Positions 1 through 12,879 of a DNA stretch of 64,000 nt are shown piece by piece. Below the pieces are notes generated by a model. It was not told the origin of the DNA and made no database searches. It saw only the letters and a program-made list of their open reading frames with translations. The position numbers and the translations under genes are program-made. This DNA is from Eledone cirrhosa (lineage: Eukaryota): positions 201,066,001-201,130,000 of the forward strand of contig OZ024740.1 of assembly GCA_964016885.1 (NCBI GenBank), in the 5' to 3' direction. Positions within the stretch are counted from its first letter, which is position 1. The number at the start of each line of letters is the position of its first letter.

Positions 1-47
<47 letters not shown>

Positions 48-152
48 CGTGTGTGCGTGCGTGTGTGCGTGTGTGTGCGTGTGTGTGTGTGTGTGTGTGT
101 GCGTGCGTGCGTGTGTGCGTGTGTGTGTGCGTGCGTGTGTGCGTGTGTGTGT

Positions 153-191
<39 letters not shown>
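1..191. repeat. (GT)n/(GTGC)n microsatellite
   Basis: Direct reading. Confidence 0.98.
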
Positions 192-192
<1 letters not shown>

Positions 193-295
193 CATCTCAC
201 ACCTATGCAGGTTTAGCTGGCCTCCTACAAGGTTTATCTCGTTGGAGGTGTCTTGGGTGATTTAATGATAGGGACCCCAGTCCTATTATCTCATT

Positions 296-435
296 TCTAC
301 AGTTGAGTAAACTGGAGCAACGTGAAATAAAGTGTCTTGCTCAAAGAAACAACACATGACCCGGACCCGGTCCGAGAATTGAACTCACAACCTTTCGATT
401 GCAAGCCCAATGCTCTAACCACTAAGCCATGCGCC
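296..435 (-). mobile_element. tRNA-derived SINE, family A
   Basis: Minus strand GGCGCATGGCTTAGTGGTTAGAG (A box)...GAGTTCAATTC (B box), then TTGAGCAAGACACTTTATTTCAC core; related copies near 19795-19983(-), 22225-22465(+), 46415-46540(+). Confidence 0.8.
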
Positions 436-560
436 TTTAAATACTGGGGTCGATATAATCGACTTTCGCCTCTCCAAAAATTACAGGGCTTATACCTAGA
501 TGGGAAATGTGGTGGTATGGCCCCCGTAACTCCTGATGGCGTCATAGGGATACATACCGT

Positions 561-1428
561 AGTGACATTAGTATTACGTCTAAGAGGAAATTTAGACAGG
601 ATGTCAATGTATTGGTCGAGATAGATATTTCTTCCTTTTGGCGGAGTGAAATTTGATTTATTCTTTACTAGTAATTCATCACTCTCACTACTTTTATCAG
701 CGAAGAATTCTACAAGACGTAATTTTCGACAGAATTCTTGGGTATCCTCCTTCAGTTCTTGGTGGTTGACTGTCGTTAGCTTTGAAATTTCAACTTCAAT
801 TTGGTCATCGATAGCTTCATATTTGGCTTTGTAGCGGGATTGTTTACATTGAGAAATGGAGATGTCGGTCCTGAATTTTGTCAATGTAAGTTCCCATCGG
901 AGTTTTGTTTCTTCTTCTGGTTCTCCTGCAATTTCTGTAATTAGGTATTTACGAGGGAGTATGGGTGCCGTTAGAGAGAGCCATTTCGAATGTGTTTCGA
1001 CATATTTTTTCGCATTTGTATGCTTTCCAGAAGTTTTGTTTTCTTATGTTAAGAAATGTTTTCCATGTCTTCCACATTTCTTTTCTTATTCGATGTGTTT
1101 TGTTTTCCAAATTTCTTTCGTTTAGTTCTGACATCCAAGGGGGTTGTGGTAGGCTTTCTCTTATATCTTTGATAACTGTTGGTATAATTTCAGCTAAATT
1201 CTTAATTTCACAGTTTATATGTTCAGTTATAAGTTTTCCGTCTGTAGATTGTTTTTCTATTTCCTTTAAAATAGAGGATTGTGTGTCAATCATCGTGATA
1301 AGTGTTGATAATTTCGATGATATCTCCTTTAGAATTCTTTCTCATTCTGTTGATTTCATTTGTTGCTTTCCAGACATGTTGGCATATACACAATAGGAAT
1401 ATATATATATAGATAGATAAATATACAC
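561..1428 (-). mobile_element. Inverted, internally deleted copy of the 5' part of the adjacent Penelope-like element
   Basis: 773-1428 is the reverse complement of about 1527-2183; 561-772 is the reverse complement of about 3023-3229; has a 2-nt deletion in a (CT)n run. Confidence 0.95.
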
Positions 1429-1575
1429 GGGTGTGTATGATTGTGTATAGAAGATTATATTAATTGAAAATTGGAAACTTGACTGCCACCACATATTATG
1501 AACCTGAAGATTGCGAAAGCATGAAAGTGTATATTTATCTATCTATCTATATATTCCTATTGTGTATATGCCAAC

Positions 1576-2931
1576 ATGTCTGGAAAGCAACAAATGAAAT
1601 CAACAGAATAAGAAAGAATTCTAAAGGAGATATCATCGAAATTATCAACACTTATCACGATGATTGACACACAATCCTCTATTTTAAAGGAAATAGAAAA
1701 ACAATCTACAGACGGAAAACTTATAACTGAACATATAAACTGTGAAATTAAGAATTTAGCTGAAATTATACCAACAGTTATCAAAGATATAAGAGAAAGC
1801 CTACCACAACCCCCTTGGATGTCAGAACTAAACGAAAGAAATTTGGAAAACAAAACACATCGAATAAGAAAAGAAATGTGGAAGACATGGAAAACATTTC
1901 TTAACATAAGAAAACAAAACTTCTGGAAAGCATACAAATGCGAAAAAATATGTCGAAACACATTCGAAATGGCTCTCTCTCTAACGGCACCCATACTCCC
2001 TCGTAAATACCTAATTACAGAAATTGCAGGAGAACCAGAAGAAGAAACAAAACTCCGATGGGAACTTACATTGACAAAATTCAGGACCGACATCTCCATT
2101 TCTCAATGTAAACAATCCCGCTACAAAGCCAAATATGAAGCTATCGATGACCAAATTGAAGTTGAAATTTCAAAGCTAACGACTGGTATTATAGCTGAAA
2201 AACTACGAGAACTATGGATCAGAGATATCTCAAAAGAAGAAAACAAATCAAGAAAGGTATGGCAGCAGAAACAATTATTTCTCGACGAATATGCTGCAAA
2301 TTACGGTAAAGACTCTGGAACCCTGAGAAAAAGCATTAAAAGTGGACAATCTCACCAACACAACATACGCCAGAACACGTGCCAACACAAACACTCACCT
2401 TACCTTGAATCAAAGAAGAACTACGGTAATAACTCTTCGCTTTTTCTACAAAAACACCCTATCGCACACAACATGAACGAGAAGCACAAACACGATAGAT
2501 ATTCCTTTGACCAGACCATGAGAAGTAGTAAAACCAGAAGATCAATCTCAAGATCTCAACAGAGACTACCCACAAGGAATGTGGAAACAAAACGTAGAAT
2601 AACCAAATCACTCTCAAGATCTCAACAGAGATTACCCACAAGAAACTGGGCGAAAAAGCGATCTAAACCTGAAAGCAAACCTAGGTCATTTCCCCAGATT
2701 GTGAAAAATAATGCTAACAAGAAATGGAAAAATAATATACATAATACCAAAAATAGGACTAAATACATAACGAAACCAAATATAATATCACGACCAAAAG
2801 TTCATCAAGCGAACACCAACAGGAATATAAGTCCTGAACAGAGAAAAATCCATTTTTTAACGTCAGGACAACAAAAACCGGAAAAAGAAAAACTCCGGGA
2901 GGAAACATACCCAAAACAACTGTACACGTAG
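1576..2931 (+). CDS. ORF1 of Penelope-like element (predicted helical N-terminal half, basic low-complexity C-terminal half)
   Basis: 423-aa ORF from 1660; same frame extends to ATG 1576 through one stop at 1609-1611; duplicated SRSQQRLPTRN motif; overlaps the RT frame. Confidence 0.75.
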
Positions 2932-4195
2932 ATCCTAAAATAATTAATTTATCCAAAAGAGATCTTGACAATGATGAAATGCAAATTCTGTCAAAAGGAT
3001 TGAAATTCACACCGACTCCAACAGTCAACCACCAAGAACTGAAGGAGGATACCCAAGAATTCTGTCGAAAATTACGTCTTGTAGAATTCTTCGCTGATAA
3101 AAGTAGTGAGAGTGATGAATTACTAGTAAAGAATAAATCAAATTTCACTCCGCCAAAAGGAAGAAATATCTATCTCGACCAATACATTAACATCCTGTCT
3201 AAATTTCCTCTTAGACATAATACTAATGTTAGGCCAAACATTAACAAATCAGAAATGTCTGCACTTAAACGTATACAAAATGATAAAACAATAATAATTA
3301 AACAAGCAGATAAAGAGGGTGCAGTTGTTATAATGGATGCTGAATACTACAAGGATTTGGTTGAGGAACAACTGAAAGACACAACATTCTATCATGAAAT
3401 ACCATCAAATATAGACCACAACATCATGAAGAAGATCAACAACCTGGCTTCAAAATACCACAACTCACTTACTGATAAGGAAAGAGACTACATCACCAAT
3501 TTTGAGCCAAAACCCAGCAACCTGTATGGCCTACCGAAAGTTCATAAGTCAAAAGAAATACAACTGGCAGTAAGAGAACAAAAGAGTGAGTACATTAAAT
3601 TACTACACCCAAAAGACTTAAAACTTAGACCTATTATAGCTGGTCCAACATGCCCCACCGACCGTCTAAGCAATTTTGTTGACATTATTTTGAAACCACT
3701 ATGTATTCACATACCCAGTTTCATCCGGGATGATATCGACTTCCTGTCCCATCTTCCCAAAACCACGGAAACGAATTCACTTCTACTTAGTTTTGATGTG
3801 GTAAGCTTTACACCAACATTACACATGATTTAGGAATAAAGGCGGTTAAATACTGGGTGGAAAAACATAGAGAAGTGATTCCCATCAGATTCACAGCGCC
3901 ATTTATATTAGACGCAGTTAAACTTATTCTGGAAAACAACACTTTCTTCTTCAATGGAAAGAATTACATCCAAATTAGAGGCACAACGATGGGAAAGAAG
4001 TTTGCTCCCGTTTACGCGAACTCTGTAATGGGATACTTAGAACAACAACTCTACCAAGAAATAGAGGAAAAATATAGTACTGACTTTAGAAAGTACATTG
4101 AAAAATCTTGGAAGAGATACCTTGACGACTGTTTCATCATCTGGACAGAATCTCTAGATACTCTGGATGAATTCAATATCCTCCTGAATAACCTA
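2838..4195 (+). pseudogene. Penelope-like element reverse transcriptase (Neptune/Naiad-like), frameshifted near 3805, truncated after YLDD
   Basis: IINLSKRDL..ILSKGLKFTPT, IKQADKEGAVV, LYGLPKVHK, LRPII, SFDVVS, RGTTMG..FAPVYAN, WKRYLDDCFIIW. Confidence 0.92.
2853..2859 (+). promoter_or_regulatory. Candidate -1 ribosomal frameshift slippery site T_TTT_TTA
   Basis: In phase with ORF1 (CAT TTT TTA); the -1 frame is open from 2838 and continuous with RT. Confidence 0.65.
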
Positions 4196-4249
4196 TTTAC
4201 CCATCTCATTACAGTTGAAAATTGCAAACTTGACTGTCACCACACATTA

Positions 4250-4288
4250 TGAACCCGAAGATTGCGAAAGCATGAAAGTGCTTGTTCA
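4250..4288 (+). ncRNA. Minimal type I hammerhead in the PLE pLTR (core CCGAAGA here; CTGAAGA in the truncated copy at 1499-1529)
   Basis: TGAAC-C(C/T)GAAGA-tTGCgaaaGCAt-GAAA-GTGC-TT-GTTCA; 1464-1529 and 4215-4280 are direct repeats. Confidence 0.7.
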
Positions 4289-4409
4289 ATTAACACTTAA
4301 CATTTAATATTCTATCATACTATTTCATTATAATACCATTATAAATTTTAAAGGATTGTAAATAAAACGAGTAAATCAGACAAAGTTGGAATTCCTCTTA
4401 TTAATATAT

Positions 4410-4485
<76 letters not shown>

Positions 4486-5055
4486 GTAAGTTTGAAGAAC
4501 AGTCAGATAAAAAATACCCAATTTTTCTTCGCCCTAGTACGTAGAAATTAACTAGATAAATATTCATTTAAACGGAGCTAAGTTTAGAATGCAACTTCGA
4601 AGAAATAACAAATAAATGACGCAGACTATGCCCCGCGAAGAACAGTCGGATAAAATTTACCTAGTCTTTCCTCTTAACCCGTAGAAATTAAATAGACAAA
4701 TAATCAATTAAACGGAGCTAGGTCTAAAATGTAAGTTTGAAAAAAAATGTATATAAACTTTACCAAAATTCTTCTAGTCCCGACTATCGATAGTTTCGCT
4801 CGTACTTTGTGTATATGACCAATCCTGGTATTATCCATGAGGTTTCGAGCTTATCAAGAGACTCCCTCAAGAGGACTAAAATTTCTACAGTGATCGCTGC
4901 CAGAAATGAATTCAAAATAGGTAACTATCATCACGTGGCTAGCGGTCAAAGTAGAAGGTTGTGAATGGCAGGCCTGATGGCAGGTAGGTTGGCTGCTAGA
5001 AAGAACAGTTTGATATCGCCTAAGGTTTTCTCGACCGAACGGGAGTATAGAATAC

Positions 5056-5319
5056 ATTCATAGGGATATATATGTGTATATTTAGACATAGTCACAGATA
5101 CATATATGAGTGTGGCTACCTTTCACGGTGTGGCTCAATGAAAAAATTGATTAAGCAAATAATTATTAATCAGAACTATATAAAATTACAATTTTATATA
5201 GCTCTGATTAATAATTATTTGCTTAATTAATTTTTTCATTGAGCCACACCGTGAAAGGTAGCCACACTCATATATGTATCTGTGACTATGTCTAAATATA
5301 TACATATATATCCCTATGA

Positions 5320-5321
<2 letters not shown>
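5056..5321. repeat. Fold-back inverted repeat, arms about 130 bp, ending at (TA)n
   Basis: 5056-5188 is complementary to 5190-5321. Confidence 0.9.
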
Positions 5322-5350
<29 letters not shown>

Positions 5351-5434
5351 CGTCTGTGTATATATATATATACATGAATATATATAAACATATATTTGTA
5401 CATATATATATAAATATACATATGTGTGTGTATA

Positions 5435-5485
<51 letters not shown>

Positions 5486-5490
<5 letters not shown>

Positions 5491-5533
5491 CATACCTGCA
5501 TTGTTTTGGCTTTACTATACATATACAAACGTT

Positions 5534-5569
<36 letters not shown>

Positions 5570-5858
5570 AACGTTTCTATATGTATAGTAAAGCCAAAAC
5601 AATGCAGGTATGAACATAGAATAAAGAATGCAAATGCAAAAGATATTGTTGACAATTGATTTGGCAAGCTTTTTAGAACACTGGTTTAACCGCTTTACTT
5701 CCCTCCGAAGAAGAGATATTATCTCGAAAATTAAAGACATTTAAATAAATATAAGGTAAAAGACTAATTGTCAACAATATCTTTTGCATTTGCATTCTTT
5801 TGTCTATGTCCATACCTGCATTGTTTTGGCTTTATTATACATATACAAACGTTTATAC
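5486..5858. repeat. Triple inverted-repeat unit with degenerate hammerhead-like core in the spacer (5704-5733)
   Basis: CATACCTGCATTGTTTTGGCTTT segment occurs +,-,+; spacer CCGAAGA-aGAGATattATCTC-GAAA. Confidence 0.8.
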
Positions 5859-5891
5859 CTCATTACACAATGCTTTAAGTGAACTATAACT

Positions 5892-5963
<72 letters not shown>

Positions 5964-6257
5964 AAATAGTAGAAAGGAAAAAGAGTTTTTCTGTACAAAA
6001 TCTTGGAGAGAGATATTTGGTGAAATTTCAAAGCATTAATTTATTTACAATACCGGTTTCAGCATTAAATGCATTGTCAATTGCGGATAGCGCAGAATAT
6101 TAAGTTGCATATTTGTATAAATTGTGAAAAATAATGATAACAAAAAGAAGAAAAAAAATATAGAGAGAGGGGAAGAAAAGTTAATGTTCACATACATGGT
6201 CCTTCAGAGAAGAAAGTCACTTTGTCTGGCCATCCTTCTCTGTTAATGGCTTTGTTG

Positions 6258-7135
6258 TGACATAAACCCACAGACTTCAAACAGTATCTTCCATTCAACT
6301 CATGCCACCCTAGTCACACCAAAATGAGCATTCCCTACAACCTAGCAAAAATGATCTGCACAATAGTATCTGATAAATATACATGCTACATACGACTAGA
6401 AGAATTAAAGAATACACTTATTAGCAGGAATTACCCACCATCCCTAATCAACAATGGATTCCAACGTGCCCTAAAACTCAACATCCAGGAACTTAGACAC
6501 CCCAAACCAAGGAATGAATCAAAACTGAAAACTCTACCATACATCTCAACACACAACCCCCTTAACAATGAGGCATTCTACACCATCCTCCAGAACATAC
6601 CTTTACTAAAGAGACCTAAGAATGAACCAAATCCTCCAAACACATAACATCATAAAGAGCAAAAGACAACCAAAATCAATAGAAAAACATCCTTACACAG
6701 GCCAAAGTCAGTCCAGCCGACCCCCACAATGAACCCTACAGTAAAAGAATGCGGAAAACCCAACTGTGGTATATGTACCAATCTAATATAGGGATCGGAG
6801 TTCCACTTCAAACAAAGACAACACTTTGCAATTTCACATGTGCATCAGAAAACCTGATCTATGTGTTGACCTGCTCAGGTTGTCGAGAGCACTACATCGG
6901 ACAAACCAAAACCAGCATCCGACAACGTGTGACCGTGCATAGAACACAAATCAAAATACAGGAATACAGAAAGATAGCACTAAATGAATACATCGCGACC
7001 TGCGCATCTAATGAACTACCTAATTTTAGAATTTATAAATTCAAAGACTACGCTTGCTACATCCAATGCATTAGCAAGGAATCACAATTTATCGCCAAAT
7101 ACGAACCCCTTCTAAATGCTTCCATTTGGTACTAA
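6258..7135 (+). pseudogene. Penelope-like element C-terminus: thumb, Cys linker and GIY-YIG endonuclease, frameshifted
   Basis: HKPTDFKQYLPFNSCHP, SIPYNLA, SRNYP, CGKPNCGIC, NLIYVLTCSGCREHYIGQTKTSIRQRVTVH. Confidence 0.88.
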
Positions 7136-7299
7136 ACCAAAGCTGGCACACTTTAAAATCAACACCCTAGACAAATTAACCTTCTCCAATATTCCAGCAA
7201 CCTCTGACAACTATATAATGCAGACCAAGCAACCACATAGTAACACCCACATCAGCAAGTCCTGGAGGACCTCCAAGAAGATAATGGGATAAATGGAAA

Positions 7300-7562
7300 C
7301 ATTCAGGTGTCTAACTAAATGCTTTACATTACCCTGAATCTGGCCAGACATGTGCACGTGGATGTTTTCAAGAGGCAGCTTGACACCCTGCTATACAGGA
7401 TGTCGGATGAGCCCACAGCACGGTACCTAAGGTAACATAATGGCAGCAGCAACGAACTCCCTCTTACACTAATGGCGAACCAACACAGGCTGGGATAGAA
7501 TGTGTAGCAACAAGGGCAATGCCCCAGCATGGCCTCATCATTATGGCTGGAACAGGTAAATG
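7300..7562 (+). mobile_element. 3' remnant of a CR1-group-like LINE
   Basis: DVFKRQLDTLLYRMSDEP resembles the FK..LD..L...DEP C-terminal motif. Confidence 0.45.
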
Positions 7563-7571
7563 AGTAAAAGA

Positions 7572-7670
<99 letters not shown>

Positions 7671-7713
7671 TGGATAGATAGATTGAATTAATATCATCGA
7701 TTTTCGTAAATCT

Positions 7714-7744
<31 letters not shown>

Positions 7745-7925
7745 GTGTGTGAGTGTGTGTGTATGTGAGTGTGTGAGTGTGTGAGTGTGTGAGTGAGTGT
7801 GAGTGTGTGTGTGTATGTGCGAGTGTGTGATGCGTGTGTGCGTGTGTGCGTACGTGTGTGTGCGTGTGCGTGTGTGTGCGTGTGTGAGTGTGTGTGTGCG
7901 CGCGGGGTGCGTATGTTTGTGTGTG
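7572..7925. repeat. Compound (TA)n-(GA)n and (GT)n microsatellites
   Basis: Direct reading. Confidence 0.95.
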
Positions 7926-7969
7926 TAGATGCTTGTTTATATATTGCTTCTTTTTCGACCACTTATTCC

Positions 7970-8170
7970 TGGCAGGGTGGTGAGAGTACAGTCCTCAAGC
8001 ACGCCTTCCAGCGGTTCACGTCAGAAGCAACCCTCTCCAATTGATCTCACTGGATCCCAAGCGAGACGAGACCAGTTGATCTCATGAATGTCATCCAACT
8101 ATCTTGCTCGCAGTTTACATCTGGATCTCCTGCCGGTTAATTTTGCCCTTAAAATCTGTATAGATTCCTG
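7970..8170 (-). mobile_element. RTE-like LINE 3' remnant
   Basis: ILRAKLTGRRSRCKLRARxLDDIHEINWSR, similar to 21046-21355. Confidence 0.6.
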
Positions 8171-8274
8171 CATCCCTTTACTTCTATTAGGTATACACTA
8201 CATCATTTGTCAATTTTAATATTAACTATCTGTGAAGCAACCTATTTCCTTTCTGCTGCCGTCGAGTATTTTCA

Positions 8275-8316
<42 letters not shown>

Positions 8317-9079
8317 ATATATATATTTCTCTGTAAAGTGACTCTATTGTCTTGTCTTTTCGACTTTGTGACAGCACTCCTTTCAGTTATCGTTTTTCAC
8401 TGGCTCACCAACACTTTTTAGCCGAATGGCATCTAACTTCCTCTCCGCTTCATCCATTCTGTCTCTTTTGTTTTCTCTTTTTTAGTCTCTCTTAGTCTAA
8501 CTGACCATTCTTTACTTCGCCACACAGTGTTCGATTTAAATATTGCATATTCATTTATTCATTTTGTCACATCGCTATTTAATTTCGAGTAAGTTTCTTA
8601 TCGTTTTGCTTTGTTTCCTTTATCGTTCACGTCTGCGTGCTGTACTGTATTTTTGTCTTATTCCTCCTCCTTGAAAATATTCCAGAACAGTCTTTAACTG
8701 TTAGTTGACATTGTAAGCTCGAATGGACCAGTAATAATATTTGTAGATTTTGAAACTGTATGAGTCCATTTCAACAGCCTATGACTTTAAAGTTGTTTTT
8801 CCAGTTCACAATTTTGTATCGTATATCTACCATCTCGTCCCTTATTTGTCCGTTCCTGTGCCTGTGTCTGGTTATTACTGTTCTGTTGTTATTGTTGTAA
8901 ATACATATACATATATATTAACGCTCGTTCCACAGACATGTGTACCCTTAACGTAATTCACAAGGATATTCAGTGTGACAAGATGTGTGACACGGCTGAG
9001 CACTTGAATTGCGTGAAATAAAGTGGTTTAAAAGTTAGAGTAATGGGCTTATGACATAGACCGAGTAGAGAAATATTAA

Positions 9080-9860
9080 TAACTACATTATCGAGAAAGG
9101 ATTAAAAGTTAAATCATATTCCTGAAAAACCATCCTCTTCAATAACGGAATAGCCTGGGTCGAAAAATCAAATACCGCAGACCTATTCGATGTGTCCATG
9201 GGGTCATTGGATAGTGCTGATATATACAATTTGGTGTGTTTATATATTTTGGACACACCACGGACCAAATTCCCAGACATCCGAACGGGCCTGTACTGAG
9301 AAAATTGTCTAGCTCTATCCAGCCATAGGCCTTCACCTAGAGGATTTTTAGGAAAACTCTTAATAACCTCATTATCGAGAAAGGACTAACAGTTACAGTA
9401 ACCGCCAACTCGACTAGCGTCAACTACCCTAAGTCTTCCTAAGTCTTCGCAAACATACATACCCTTCCATTCTCCTTTTAAAAATCTCATTAAGAACTTC
9501 AGCGGTGGAATCCAGCTGTGGTGATATATGAAGCTAGTGTCACTTTCATCCAATCAAATCAGCACCATGCTGTCAGGACAAAAGTGGGTATGTTGGAAGA
9601 TGGCTTCAAAATCAGCTTCCTAAACTACGAAAATACTTTTAGGTAATTGGATAAACGTACAGCCACTAACCTGGCAAGTTACGTCTGTTCCTTCAAAAAT
9701 GACGGTGTTGATTTCTCCATTAAATAGAAAATCCTGGAAAGATCACGTCCCTACGTCAACGGTAAAAGTCATGTAAATTGTGCGATAATAAATGATTGAA
9801 CATCTTGTGGCGGCTACTTACTACGGAAACATGCTAAATATAAGGGCCAACATACATCCT
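9080..9860 (+). pseudogene. Decayed Penelope-like RT/GIY-YIG, same class as 40089-42210
   Basis: FDVSMGSLDSADIYNLVCLYIL, TVTVTANSTSVNY, ATNLASYV, RPYVNGK. Confidence 0.65.
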
Positions 9861-10125
9861 CCATAGCTGGAAGAACACTGGATAACATATATACAGCCAC
9901 AAACTACAACCTGACACACTAAACGCATCCCGGCTCCTCACTATAATAATTTCCTCGGAGAAATGCGCGTACTCGATAGATGGAAATATAAATTTAACCA
10001 AATGTTGTATATTATACTTGTCATTCCGACTGAGCGCTCTGACAACTTTCGATATATTTTTTCAGAAATTGACAACACTATATATATATATTTATATATA
10101 TATGTGTGTGTACGTTATATATGTG

Positions 10126-10177
<52 letters not shown>

Positions 10178-11089
10178 ACATACATACACACATACTTACA
10201 AACATACACATACATACATACACAGCTAAAGAGAAGAATGTCCTCTAGTAAGTGATGTCGACCCATCAGCTATTATTGTTGCAAATGATATATAGTCTCA
10301 GAGGTCCCTGCTTAATGTTTCACAAAATACACACACAAAAAAAAAATGGAGAAAAAACACCACAACATACAGATAATATTTCTACAACCACGAAGAAAAC
10401 TAAACGAAACAAAAGAAAATTAATAATATACACATATACACAATCATGGAGTTTCGCTATATTTTACTGTGTGCTCTTACGTTTGACGTATCATGGCAAT
10501 TCTCTGCCATCACATGCTGTTAAACATTGCTGGAGTTCGGCCAATCATACATACATACAGTTTCAATTGAGGCTAGAAGCTGTCGTCTTGGGACGTTTTA
10601 TTACACCTTTTACGCTGATAAGGAATAGTTTTTGGTATCTATGGGACCATATAAACGTTGTGTTTTGGCTGTTGTCATTGTTTGTCTTTTTTTATCTATT
10701 TGATATAAATTTTCGCCAAGTAATTCGATAAAATTGAGAGCTTACCCTGCAAACAATTGTTTGAGTGAATTTGACCAAGTTAAGCTTTTATCTAAGTTTC
10801 TACAGTTTTACATTTATTCAGAAATGCACAAACACAAACACAAACATACGCATAAATCTATACACTCACAGGAACAGACATAGGTCTATATACACGCATC
10901 TCTTCATACATATATACATACCTACCAATCTAGCTACATACATATACAAACATACATAGTCATAAATACATGCAAGAAAACATATATACATACATATATG
11001 CATACATACATACATGTACACATGCATACACACATACATACATACATGCACACATACATACATACATGCAAACATACATACATACATAC

Positions 11090-11502
11090 ATGGTGGCTGC
11101 CAACTCGTTTTCGAGTACGGCCACTACTTTATATCCATGTAGGAGAACCCCTACTGATGCGCTGAACGAGTGTGACTTTTTAGTCCAGCCAGCGACTTGA
11201 AAACTCTGGTACAAAGACTACACTTGTGACAATTATTGACACATAGTGTTGGGCCCATGGTACCATGTGACGACAAGTGCAGAGAGATCTCCAGATATAA
11301 AGCAATGCCTGTGCCGTGAAGCTTTTATAGTGAGCAAAGGCACTGCACAAAGCCAGTCCCACTCTCTTAACCAAGATGATATTTACCAAAAAGAAGAACA
11401 AGTCAACATCATTGGATACCATCAGGGTTGCAGGTGTTATATCAGAGTTTTCCTTCTCCTAGAATTCTGCCTTGACAAAGGCTAAGGGGTCATCTCTCCC
11501 GG
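11090..11502 (-). mobile_element. About 410-bp short element, family C, copy 1, within (CATA)n
   Basis: Near-identical to 29865-30277 and 47428-47840; head TTAGCCTT..AAGGCA..TCTAGGAGAAGGAAAACTCTGA resembles RTE 5' ends (strand inferred from this). Confidence 0.85.
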
Positions 11503-11793
11503 ACATACATACATACATACATACATACATACATACATACATACATACATACATACATACATGAAATGATCTGCACAGAACTAATTGTGCACAGTAGCGA
11601 AAAACAGTTGCCCATAAAATTACTTTTTATTATTTTATGGGTTTTAGTCATTTGACTGCGGCCATACTAGGGCACCACGTTGAAGAAACACAGTCAATCC
11701 TATTGGCCCCAGTACATATGTTTAGCACTCTGTCTAGCATGGGCATTTGTCAGACAATATGATTAATAATTTTACCTATTAATCAAAATATTA

Positions 11794-11832
<39 letters not shown>

Positions 11833-11835
11833 CAT

Positions 11836-11900
<65 letters not shown>

Positions 11901-11901
<1 letters not shown>

Positions 11902-12790
11902 TTCTTTATTAGCCACAGGGGCACAAAAGAAGGGGACAAATACAAAGGGGGAAGTTTACATACAATAAAAACGTGTAAAATGTTATCACAGATGGAATTT
12001 AAAAGTTAGTCGATTTTCCCCAATAGAGGGAGACAGTTTATATGGGTAACACATACCCCCCAAAAAAAATGTGCAACCCTCATCTCCAGGAGTATGAAGA
12101 GCTTGTACTCCTTTCCTCTCCTCCTCCTTTTCCTCAACCTACAGGCTGATATAGAGAGAAGGCCCATTCACTCGGGCCATTCTCGCCACTTTCACCCACC
12201 TTTCATAAAACTTGCTGGGGTACAGCACCTCTTTCTCCATCCTGATTCTTCTTCCAAAGTGGTATTTGAAAAAAAGAATCAGTTGTTGGCCGGAGAGAAA
12301 GGTGTCTGACCTCAGCCCTTTTAACATCGTCCACCATACAACCTCTTTCGCCATAGCTATCACACAAAGGAAAACCACCTCTCCTTCGTTTTTGAAGGAG
12401 GGTGGCGGTTTGATTATGACAATGGACTCGGTGGTCAACTGGATTGGTCCTACCCGCGACAATAGTCGTTCTACATAGCCCCACAGGGCGGTAACGCCCG
12501 GGCAGTGTATGAATGCGTGCGCGGCGGTTTCTTCGTCTCGCACACATGTCCACAGATCTTTTTCGAAGGGTCCCTGCCCGGGCGCCCATGTCTGTAGAGC
12601 TTGTCTCGAACTGGTAGAGCTCTTCGGTAGCACTGCCAGGCCAGGGACTTTTAGACGTTGTCCATCGGTCCCGGGCGGAAGGTCCTACCGAACAGACTGG
12701 CCAGTTCGTCTTCCTCTACGCCCAGAGATTCTCCAAGCGCGTCGTCGCACTTGCTTTGGATCAATGCTCTATAGAATGACGAAGTGGAGA
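11901..12790 (-). mobile_element. 5'-truncated Tx1-like LINE (end of ORF2 plus 3' UTR), flanked on both sides by (GATA)n
   Basis: Homologous to 52900-53830; ETAAHAFIHC...ERWVKVARMARVNGPSL; ends AATAAAGAAA(TCTA)n. Confidence 0.9.
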
Positions 12791-12805
12791 TAGATAGATA
12801 GATAG

Positions 12806-12879
<74 letters not shown>

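Noticed and set aside
296-435. tRNA gene
   Set aside because: A/B boxes run into a SINE body repeated elsewhere in the window; no complete cloverleaf or terminator
4195-6260. Single continuous PLE from 1576 to 7135
   Set aside because: The first copy jumps to its pLTR near 4200 and part of RT is missing; 6258-7135 may be a separate copy, so linkage of this GIY-YIG to the two-ORF element is likely but unproven
11246-11485. 79-aa ORF conserved in three places
   Set aside because: Reflects recent copies of a repeat; the third copy has an earlier stop and there is no ATG start
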